DNA of 32,000 nucleotides from Ignicoccus hospitalis KIN4/I (GTDB lineage Archaea > Thermoproteota > Thermoprotei_A > Sulfolobales > Ignicoccaceae). The stretch spans positions 660,001-692,000 of the forward strand of contig NC_009776.1 in assembly GCF_000017945.1 (NCBI RefSeq). Reading direction: 5' to 3'. Under the pieces are notes generated by a model that made no database searches, was not told the origin of the DNA, and was given only the letters and a program-made list of their open reading frames with translations. Both the position numbers and the translations under genes were made by a program. Numbering within the stretch: position 1 is the stretch's first letter; the number at the start of each line of letters is the position of its first letter. This document shows positions 15,667 to 22,655 of the stretch, piece after piece.

Positions 15667-15710
15667 CCGTCACACCCCGGGAGCCCTAAGGGGACGGGGA
15701 TTAAAGGCCC

Positions 15711-16790
15711 ATGCCCCTAAAGACTAGGGGAAAGGACGTGGACAAGCTCAAGGTTGCTGTCCTAGGGGCTACTGGAATGGCCGGTCAGTGGTTCGCGTCG
15801 TTGCTCGAGGATCACCCTTACTTCGAGTTAGTGGCCTTGGGGGCTTCCAAGAGGTCGGCCGGCAAGAAGTATAAGGAAGCTGTAAGGTGGGTCATCCCCC
15901 GTCCTTTCCCTACTAAGTTCTCCGACTACGTCGTGTTCGACGCCTCCGATCCCGATGCGCTGCCCGAGAAGGTGGACTTGGTGTTCTCCGCGCTCCCCAG
16001 CGAAGTGGCAGGAGAAATAGAGTTGAAGTACTTGAAGAAGGGATTCAACGTAGTTTCGAACGCCTCACCGTTCAGACTCGAACCCGACGTACCCCTCATG
16101 AATCCCGAGATCAACTGGGATCACTTAGAACTCTTGAAGAAACAAGAGAGGTGGGGCGGCAAGCTGGTCAAGAACCCCAACTGTACTACGGCCGTCTTGA
16201 CGTTACCACTCAAACCGATTATGGATGAGTTCGGTATAAAGGAGATAACTGTAACTACGCTGCAAGCTATAAGCGGGGCGGGGTTCGCCGGACTCACGGC
16301 TTACTCTATAGTTGACAACGTAATTCCTTATATCGCGAAAGAGGAGTACAAAGTCAAAGTAGAGTCCAAGAAGATGTTAGGTAAGTTGGAAGGGGACTCT
16401 ATAAGGCCCGCTGACTTTGTGGTCGAAGCTACGACGACCAGGGTTCCAGTCTTAGACGGCCACACGGAAGTGGTTTACATAACTACGAAGAGGAGCGTGG
16501 ACGTCGAGCAAGTAAAGGACGTGCTGAAGAGTTTCGAAAGCGAACCCCAGCGTTTGGGGTTACCTACTGCCCCGCCCAAGCCCGTGATCGTGATGGAACA
16601 AGAGGACCGTCCGCAGCCTAGGTTGGACAGAATGAACGGCAACGGGATGGCTGTTACTGTCGGAAGGATAGAGATAACCGAAACTAATAGAGTTAGGATG
16701 GTGATGGTTGGACATAACCTCCTAAGGGGCGCCTCCGGGGTCAGCCTCCTAACGGCGGAACTCATGTACAAGAAAGGTTACATAACGTAG
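15711..16790 (+). CDS. asd: aspartate-semialdehyde dehydrogenase
   Basis: 359-aa ORF. The N-terminal Rossmann motif is VAVLGATGMAGQ, the active-site Cys context is KNPNCTT, and LQAISGAG is present. Confidence 0.9.
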   Translation: MPLKTRGKDVDKLKVAVLGATGMAGQWFASLLEDHPYFELVALGASKRSAGKKYKEAVRWVIPRPFPTKFSDYVVFDASDPDALPEKVDLVFSALPSEVAGEIELKYLKKGFNVVSNASPFRLEPDVPLMNPEINWDHLELLKKQERWGGKLVKNPNCTTAVLTLPLKPIMDEFGIKEITVTTLQAISGAGFAGLTAYSIVDNVIPYIAKEEYKVKVESKKMLGKLEGDSIRPADFVVEATTTRVPVLDGHTEVVYITTKRSVDVEQVKDVLKSFESEPQRLGLPTAPPKPVIVMEQEDRPQPRLDRMNGNGMAVTVGRIEITETNRVRMVMVGHNLLRGASGVSLLTAELMYKKGYIT

Positions 16791-17536
16791 TACTTGCTAT
16801 AATCTTCGTCCTCTTCGGAGCGCTTGAACAGCTGGGGGCAGAGAGGCTCTTCCTCCTTAACTTTTTTCCTCTTCTTCTTGGGCCTAACGTCCGGGTAGAA
16901 GTAAGCGGTCTTCCCTACTATCATGTACCTCACGAGGCGGTACTTGTCCTTTATCCACGGGAACAGCGTCCTCCATTCCTTAAATACGTCGTTACTGACC
17001 ACTATTCCATACTCCCGGTCGGCGACCGACAGTATGAAATAATCGGCCGGCGTGCTGGCCGGGGCTTGGAGTACAACCCCTTTGGCTATGAGCCTCTCTA
17101 GAACTTCGGGCTTGTCCACTTTGTGGCGTAAGGAGGCGTCGGCGATGGCGTAAACCTCGAAGCCCCTCTCCCTGAGGGCATTAATGACTACTAATAAGTT
17201 CTCTATCCTACCCTTCTTTCCAACCTTCGGACCGTGCATAACTACGTTGGAGGCATCAACTACTGCTACGTCTTGAGGGACTCGTACCTTAACTCGTCTA
17301 GGCTGGAGCCTCTTTTCAACAATCCTTCTCATTTTTGGGTATAGCGCGTTCGTGAGTAAGGCTAACGCGGCCGCCACGAGCGCCGTTGTAAGATATTCTG
17401 ACAACGCTCCTTCGAGACGCGTTCGTTTAGCGATCTTTTTAGTTTGCCCCACTTTGGTAGTGCTAATTTTCTTGCCCCTTGGACGCGGACTTCGGAGAGC
17501 CGTGAGGTTCGTAATACCGAGTAAGGGCAGACTCAA
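16778..17536 (-). CDS. NYN/Zc3h12a-like PIN-fold ribonuclease domain protein
   Basis: VAVVDASNVVMHG...IENLLVVINALRERGFEVYAIADASLRHK...LQAPASTPADYFILSVADREYGIVVSNDVFKEW fits the Zc3h12a-like NYN pattern (DGsNV ... aD..il..A ... vSND.f). The start is uncertain. The long form (17536) adds a hydrophobic segment but overlaps hisG, and ATG 17332 (MRRIVEKRL...) would give 184 aa. Confidence 0.7.
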   Translation of the reverse strand: MSLPLLGITNLTALRSPRPRGKKISTTKVGQTKKIAKRTRLEGALSEYLTTALVAAALALLTNALYPKMRRIVEKRLQPRRVKVRVPQDVAVVDASNVVMHGPKVGKKGRIENLLVVINALRERGFEVYAIADASLRHKVDKPEVLERLIAKGVVLQAPASTPADYFILSVADREYGIVVSNDVFKEWRTLFPWIKDKYRLVRYMIVGKTAYFYPDVRPKKKRKKVKEEEPLCPQLFKRSEEDEDYSKYYVM

Positions 17537-18353
17537 GGACGCTACACTGGAGCTCTTAGAGAGGGCCGGGATCAGGCCGTCTTACCTCGACTCGCGCGCC
17601 TTGATAGTGCCATCTAACAAACCGAATCTGGACCTCGTCTTTGCTAGGCCGGAGGACATACCTTGGATAGTCGAGAGCGGCGCGGCTGAGGTGGGGATAA
17701 CAGGTCACGACTACGTCCTTGAGTCTGGAAGGGACGTCGCAGAGATCCTTGATCTGAATTACGGTCGCTCGAAGCTCGTCTTGGCGGTTCCCCGAGATTC
17801 CGGAATAAAAAGGCCGGAGGAGCTACCCAAGGGCTTCAGGATAGCTACTAAATTCATCAATATAGCTACTGACTATTTCGAGAAGAAGGGGTTAGACGTG
17901 AAGATCGTGAAGGTCAGCGGCTCGGCTGAGGTGATGCCAGGCATCGGGGCAGCGGACGGGATAATAGACGTAATGTCGACTGGTACGACGCTTAAGCTGC
18001 ACGGCTTGACGCCCATAGACGTGATATTGAGTAGCAGCGCCAGATTGATAGTTAGGAAGGACTTGCTTGACGACCCTCGCGTGGAAACGATAAAGTTAAT
18101 GCTTGAGTCAGTTCTACGGGCATCTAAGAAAAAGTTGGTTATGATGAACGTACCAGACGAAGCGTTGGACGACGTACTCAAAGTGTTGCCGGCCATGTCG
18201 GGTCCTACCATAAGCAAAGTGAAGAGTGAGAAGCCTATGTGGGAGGTCATTGCGGCTGTAGACGAAGACGAGATAGCTGACATAATAGTAAAGTTGAAGA
18301 ACGCAGGAGCAAAGGACATATTAGTTCTTAATGTTGAGAGACTAATCCCTTAG
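17502..18353 (+). CDS. hisG: ATP phosphoribosyltransferase, long form with C-terminal regulatory domain
   Basis: In-frame GTG 17502 gives VRFVIPSKGRLKDATLELLERAGI, the canonical HisG N-terminus. The 150-nt upstream extension in track ORF 17352.. is not HisG-like. The C-terminal HisG_C-like segment is MMNVPDEALDDVLKVLPAMSGPTISKV. Confidence 0.9.
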   Translation: MRFVIPSKGRLKDATLELLERAGIRPSYLDSRALIVPSNKPNLDLVFARPEDIPWIVESGAAEVGITGHDYVLESGRDVAEILDLNYGRSKLVLAVPRDSGIKRPEELPKGFRIATKFINIATDYFEKKGLDVKIVKVSGSAEVMPGIGAADGIIDVMSTGTTLKLHGLTPIDVILSSSARLIVRKDLLDDPRVETIKLMLESVLRASKKKLVMMNVPDEALDDVLKVLPAMSGPTISKVKSEKPMWEVIAAVDEDEIADIIVKLKNAGAKDILVLNVERLIP

Positions 18354-19196
18354 CCGGACGATTTTCTGCAAGAGGTCTACAGCTGCCACTAACAAGGGGA
18401 CACCTAGAATTATGGCTAAGGTTTTATCGTTTATCTTTACTATTATATAACTATACAACGTGTCGCCGCTTAACACGACGACCTCGTTCTCGCTCGTTAT
18501 CCCTACGGCGTCAACGCCCCTCTCGAAACTCAACCTTTGGATGATCTCGGTGCCGTTGTATATGAACAAGTTCGAGCCTCGGGAGAAGACTAAGGTTCCG
18601 CCCTCCGCGTCTACGCGCTCGCAGCCTCCTTGCGAGATCAGCTCTACTTCGTTTCCATTATTAACCGCATAGAGACCGTCCTCCGTGCAGACGTATAGGA
18701 GATGATCCAAGTCCACGTCGTTTACGCGGCTCTTGAAGGTAACGTTAAACCCGCCGAGGAGTTTGTGCACCTCCACCTCTTTGTTCCTGACCACTACTAT
18801 TATTCCGTCGTAAACCTTTACAAAGTTCGATTGAGGCATAACGTACGTTATGTTATTTACGAGGTCCAGTATCACCGACACGTTGCTCTCTTGCGACGCC
18901 AGCGCCAACATACCTTCATCGGCGTGACAGCGCGAGGGCACGAACCAGACCTCTCCGACCCTCACCGGATCGAGAGGTTTAAGGTAGTATATCGAAACGC
19001 CCCCGTCGTGGGGAACGACGGCGTAAGGTCCGGCCAAACACGCCGGCGTCCCGGGGAGCTCGAGGAAGGCCTCCAGCGCGCCGCCTTGTCCGTAGAGTTG
19101 GACGGAGCCTCCGTAGAGGGCTACAACTACCCAGTGAGTGTATATGGAAAAGCAACAGACGTGGTGAACTGACATTAATAGAGTAGTTAGTATCAT
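18342..19196 (-). CDS. hypothetical protein, repetitive beta-rich (propeller-like) with a C-terminal transmembrane anchor
   Basis: 284-aa ORF. It has recurring short Gly/Tyr/Val beta-strand motifs (GGSVQLYGQGG, DGGVSIYYL, DGLYAVNNG, SNLFIYNG, GDTLYSYI). The C-terminus is hydrophobic (LAIILGVPLLVAAVDLL) followed by basic residues. Confidence 0.6.
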   Translation of the reverse strand: MILTTLLMSVHHVCCFSIYTHWVVVALYGGSVQLYGQGGALEAFLELPGTPACLAGPYAVVPHDGGVSIYYLKPLDPVRVGEVWFVPSRCHADEGMLALASQESNVSVILDLVNNITYVMPQSNFVKVYDGIIVVVRNKEVEVHKLLGGFNVTFKSRVNDVDLDHLLYVCTEDGLYAVNNGNEVELISQGGCERVDAEGGTLVFSRGSNLFIYNGTEIIQRLSFERGVDAVGITSENEVVVLSGDTLYSYIIVKINDKTLAIILGVPLLVAAVDLLQKIVRLRD

Positions 19197-19214
19197 CGGA
19201 GGGCCGCGAAAGGC

Positions 19215-19733
19215 GTGACGGTTGTAGTAATAAGTGGACCACCCGGTAGCGGGAAGAGTACTGTGGCAAAGAAGCTGGCCTCGGAGCTCGGCTTGAGGTT
19301 CGTCTCCGCGGGATCCGTGTTCAGAAAGCTAGCTGAGGAGATCGGCGTATCGCTCTTGGAGTTGAACGAGATGGCGCTCAAGGATCCAGAAATAGACTTG
19401 AGGATAGACAGAATGGTACTCGAGGAGGCTAGGAGGGGGAATGTCGTAATAGAGGCCCACTTGGGCGGCTGGGTCGCCGCCCCTTACGCGGACGTGAACG
19501 TTTACTTGACGGCCCCTCTGGAAGAGAGGGCTAAGAGAATAGCCCGTCGCGATGGCATAAGTTACGAAGAAGCGTTGGAGGAGATCCTCTCGAGGGAGGA
19601 GGTGCAGTGGATAAGGTTCAGAAAGCTTTACGGGTTTGACGTAGCGAGCTTGGAAATATTTGACTTAGTCGTCAACACTGCGTTGATGGGACCCGAGGCC
19701 GTGGTCGAGACAATCAAGAGGATGTTACTTTAG
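19215..19733 (+). CDS. cmk: cytidylate kinase, archaeal type
   Basis: 172-aa ORF. The P-loop is VVISGPPGSGKSTVAKKLA followed by GLRFVSAGSVFR. Length and pattern are typical of archaeal Cmk. Confidence 0.85.
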   Translation: MTVVVISGPPGSGKSTVAKKLASELGLRFVSAGSVFRKLAEEIGVSLLELNEMALKDPEIDLRIDRMVLEEARRGNVVIEAHLGGWVAAPYADVNVYLTAPLEERAKRIARRDGISYEEALEEILSREEVQWIRFRKLYGFDVASLEIFDLVVNTALMGPEAVVETIKRMLL

Positions 19734-20568
19734 CCTTTTCAACCTTTTCGACGATTTTGTCGGCTATCTTTAGGAACGCCTTCGCGGCTGGCGTATCGGG
19801 GTACTCTACGAAGAACGGTATGCCCTTGTCGTTGCTCTCCGATATCCTCGGGTCGAGGGGTATGGAGCCCAAGAAGTCCACGCCGGCTCTCTCTGCGACC
19901 CTCTTGCCCCCTCCGCTGCCGAATATCGGGTAGGTCTTCCCGTCGCACGGGCAAGTGAAGCCCGACATGTTCTCTACAATGCCGAGTATGGGCACGTTCA
20001 ACCTCTTAGCGAAGTTTACGGATTTCATCACCACTTTTTGAGACACTTCCGACGGTATAGTAACTATTATCGCGCCCGTCAGGTTAGGGATCATTTGGGC
20101 CACCGTCAAGGGGGCGTCGCCCGTTCCCGGAGGCAAGTCTATTAGCATGTAGTCGGCCTCTCCCCACAAGACGTTCTCGAGGAGCTCCAGCATGGCATTG
20201 GTGAGCATCGGTCCCCTCCAAATGACTGGGGCTTCGTCGTCGGGGAGCATGAAGTCTACGCTTACTATCTTCACTCCGAGGGGTCCGGTAACCGGAATTA
20301 GGCCTTCGGGGGTGGCGTAAACCCTCTGTCCCTCTACACCCATCATTTTTGGGATGCTGGGGCCGTAGAAGTCCGCGTCCAGCACGACAACTTTCTTACC
20401 CCTGTAGGCCAAGGCAAACGCTAGGTTTGCCGTGACGAACGACTTGCCGACCCCTCCCTTACCGCTCATTACGGCTATCTTGTACTTTATTCCGCTTAAT
20501 CTATCAGCAATACTCTTCTGTATCTCTTGAATGGGCCTGAAGGGAAGCTTCTTCTGAGGTGCGCTCAA
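19714..20568 (-). CDS. Mrp/NBP35 (ApbC-like) Fe-S cluster carrier ATPase
   Basis: The deviant Walker A is IAVMSGKGGVGKS. DADFYGPSIP is present, along with the conserved CPxC-type motif GFTCPCDGKTYPIFG. Confidence 0.9.
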   Translation of the reverse strand: MSAPQKKLPFRPIQEIQKSIADRLSGIKYKIAVMSGKGGVGKSFVTANLAFALAYRGKKVVVLDADFYGPSIPKMMGVEGQRVYATPEGLIPVTGPLGVKIVSVDFMLPDDEAPVIWRGPMLTNAMLELLENVLWGEADYMLIDLPPGTGDAPLTVAQMIPNLTGAIIVTIPSEVSQKVVMKSVNFAKRLNVPILGIVENMSGFTCPCDGKTYPIFGSGGGKRVAERAGVDFLGSIPLDPRISESNDKGIPFFVEYPDTPAAKAFLKIADKIVEKVEKAKVTSS

Positions 20569-20599
20569 CTCCCTAAAACCCCGCGCAACTCAGCATTAC

Positions 20600-20611
20600 A
20601 AAAATAAAAAG
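20600..20611. promoter_or_regulatory. AT-rich TATA-like element in the divergent spacer between the Mrp-like gene and mvk
   Basis: AAAAATAAAAAG lies about 30 nt upstream of TTG 20638 (mvk) and about 35-40 nt from ATG 20568 on the other strand. Confidence 0.3.
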
Positions 20612-20637
20612 TCTAATAGAGTGGCTTCGGGCAAAAT

Positions 20638-21603
20638 TTGAGCGTCTCGGCTAGAGCGCCAACCAAAGTTACCTTGTTCGGGGAACACTCAGTAGTCTAC
20701 GGCAAGCCGGCCATAGTATTCTCTATGCCGATTTACATAAATGTGAAGCTGAGCCTCAGCGACGATCTAATGGTAATAACTGGCCCTGTGAGCCTTAGAA
20801 GCGTAGATTTAGTGATTTCCAAGGACAAAATAGAGGTCGGCGACTTGGTGAGGAAACAAATGGAGAAGTACGTTTCATACGTCGTTGAAGCCTTGCAAAC
20901 CATTGGGGTGGAAGGCGCGAGGGTGGAGATAGAGTCGCCCATGCCGGTGGGCGCGGGAGTCGGCACCAGCGCGGCAGTAACTGTCGGTACGATAGCGGCG
21001 GCGTGTGCCCTAAAGAGGTGCGGGCTGAACAAGGAGGGAATCGCCAAGCTCGCTTGGGAGGTCGAAAAGAAGGTTCAAGGGAAGGCCAGCCCTATGGATA
21101 CTTTCGCTTCGGCCTTGGGCGGCGTTTTATGGATAGAGAAGGAGGACAGCGGGTGGAAAATAGAGCGGTTAAGCGTGGACCAGCTCCCGCTAGTCGTCGG
21201 GATTTTTGAGAAGAGGAAGACGACAGCTGAGCTCGTGAGGGAAGTGGCCTTAAAGGTTCAACGATCCGAGATCTATAAGGACATAATCGAGCTTATGGGA
21301 AAAATAGCCAGGGAAGCCCGTGAGGCCTTGATCAAGGGAGACCTCAAGGAGCTGGGGGAGCTTATGAAGCTAAACAACGCCATGCTCGAGGCGTTAGGAC
21401 TGGTGACCAAAGAAGTATCGAATGCGATACACGCGGCCGAGTTAGCTGGGGCTTACGGCGCGAAAGCGTCGGGCGCGGGGAGCGGCGGGGCAGTCGTAGC
21501 GCTGGCCGAGGACGTTAAAGCGGTGAGGGCAGCGCTCTTGGCCTCCGGGGCCAAGAAGGTCTTCATCGTAGAGAACCCCTCCCGAGGTGTCGAACTTATA
21601 TAG
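20638..21603 (+). CDS. mvk: mevalonate kinase (GHMP family)
   Basis: KVTLFGEHSVVYGKPAI is present. GHMP motif II is PVGAGVGTSAA, and the C-terminal motif is KASGAGSGGAV. Confidence 0.9.
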   Translation: MSVSARAPTKVTLFGEHSVVYGKPAIVFSMPIYINVKLSLSDDLMVITGPVSLRSVDLVISKDKIEVGDLVRKQMEKYVSYVVEALQTIGVEGARVEIESPMPVGAGVGTSAAVTVGTIAAACALKRCGLNKEGIAKLAWEVEKKVQGKASPMDTFASALGGVLWIEKEDSGWKIERLSVDQLPLVVGIFEKRKTTAELVREVALKVQRSEIYKDIIELMGKIAREAREALIKGDLKELGELMKLNNAMLEALGLVTKEVSNAIHAAELAGAYGAKASGAGSGGAVVALAEDVKAVRAALLASGAKKVFIVENPSRGVELI

Positions 21604-21623
21604 ATATCGCTATATTTACGCCG

Positions 21624-21633
21624 TTTTTAAAAA
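21624..21633 (+). promoter_or_regulatory. TATA-like element upstream of 21667..22275; its T-run may also terminate mvk
   Basis: TTTTTAAAAA lies 34-43 nt upstream of ATG 21667 and 20 nt after the mvk stop. Confidence 0.3.
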
Positions 21634-21666
21634 CCAGACGGGTGAGCAAGACACGGGAAGGGCGTC

Positions 21667-22275
21667 ATGAAGAAAACCTCACTATTCCTCCTCGCGCTCC
21701 TAGCTGCGCCGCTCTTCGCAATGTCCAACGGCGCCCCCAACTTTGGGTGTACCATGTGCCACCAAGACGCGAAGCCTCTCAGCCCTCAACACATAGTAAT
21801 CAAGGGCCTCCCCCAGTACTACGAGCCCGGTAAGAGCTACCGCATAACTATTGAGGTAACCGACGCTAACGAGTGCACCCCCGCCATGACCGCTTGCGGC
21901 GGCTTCGCGCTCCAAGCGAACGCCGGCGAGTTCAAGGTAGTTGATCCTACTAACACCTTCATAGCTCACCCCACGCCCACTGAGTCGTTTGTGACCCACA
22001 CTAAGGAAGGTAGCATGAAGAGGACTTGGACCGTCGAGTGGGTCGCCCCCAAGGAGAGGAAGCCCGTAACCTTTAGGGTGGCAGTAATAGCGGCCAACGG
22101 CGACGGCAGCCCCTTCGGCGACTACTTCGGCATGAAGACTTTCGTCTTACAGCCGGCGGTCCCCGGAGTGAACCCCACGGTAACTACCACCCAAGGTAAC
22201 GTGATAACCATAACCAAGACCGTTTGGGTAACTGTTACTATAACTAAGACCATAACTGTGACTCTGAGCGGCTAA
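21667..22275 (+). CDS. secreted protein with a CxxCH motif, a beta-sandwich (DOMON/Reeler-like?) domain and a Thr/Val-rich C-terminal tail
   Basis: The signal peptide is MKKTSLFLLALLAAPLFA. GAPNFGCTMCHQ contains CxxCH. The pattern YYEPGKSYRITIEV...CGGFALQANAGEF...VTHT...WTVEWVAPKERKPVTFRVAVIAANGDGSPFGD looks like a beta-sandwich. The tail is TVTTTQGNVITITKTVWVTVTITKTITVTLSG. Confidence 0.7.
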   Translation: MKKTSLFLLALLAAPLFAMSNGAPNFGCTMCHQDAKPLSPQHIVIKGLPQYYEPGKSYRITIEVTDANECTPAMTACGGFALQANAGEFKVVDPTNTFIAHPTPTESFVTHTKEGSMKRTWTVEWVAPKERKPVTFRVAVIAANGDGSPFGDYFGMKTFVLQPAVPGVNPTVTTTQGNVITITKTVWVTVTITKTITVTLSG

Positions 22276-22281
22276 AGGTAA

Positions 22282-22286
22282 TTTTT
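22282..22286 (+). terminator. oligo-T run after 21667..22275
   Basis: TTTTT lies 7 nt after the TAA stop. Archaeal termination commonly uses oligo-T tracts. Confidence 0.3.
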
Positions 22287-22339
22287 GTACTCTTTCGTCT
22301 CTCGCTTCACGACACGCTTCCCTTACCCTTAAATTTAGG

Positions 22340-22362
22340 CCTTCGTTCGTGGCGAACGAAGG
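22340..22362. promoter_or_regulatory. perfect 10-bp inverted repeat (hairpin or palindromic operator) upstream of the UPF0147 gene
   Basis: CCTTCGTTCG-TGG-CGAACGAAGG ends 9 nt before GTG 22372. Its 3' arm runs into the GGGGTGA Shine-Dalgarno-like motif. Confidence 0.4.
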
Positions 22363-22371
22363 GGTGAGATC

Positions 22372-22644
22372 GTGAGCGCGGCTAGCTATGATAACGAGGC
22401 TAAGATCAGGCAAGCGAAGACCATGCTTATGAGGGTGATAAACGACCCGGCCGTCCCCAGGAACATCCGGAGGGCTTGTATAGAAGCCGTGAGGCACTTA
22501 GAGAACGAGCGCTTGAGCCCGGGCGTGAGGGCGGCCAACGCGATAAGTGCTTTGGACGAGATAGTGCAAGACCCCAACATGCCTATACATACGAGAATAA
22601 CTATATGGAACGTCGTAACCCTCCTCGAGACAGTGAAGGACTAA
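22372..22644 (+). CDS. UPF0147 family protein
   Basis: 90-aa [24 protein letters not shown]...[34 protein letters not shown] matches the conserved UPF0147 pattern (D..VPRNIRR ... DPNMP.H.R..iW). Confidence 0.85.
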   Translation: MSAASYDNEAKIRQAKTMLMRVINDPAVPRNIRRACIEAVRHLENERLSPGVRAANAISALDEIVQDPNMPIHTRITIWNVVTLLETVKD

Positions 22645-22655
22645 AGGGGTCGATA

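Noticed and set aside
17352-17501. N-terminal 50-codon extension of hisG
   Set aside because: The HisG consensus N-terminus begins at GTG 17502. The extension is not HisG-like and contains the likely promoter AT-block.
22476-22655. N-terminal 60-codon extension of the FAU-1 ORF
   Set aside because: It overlaps the conserved UPF0147 gene in another frame and is Arg/Gly/Glu-rich. The canonical FAU-1 N-terminus (MEKPRVRVRGIYATA) starts at ATG 22656, which has an SD-like motif.
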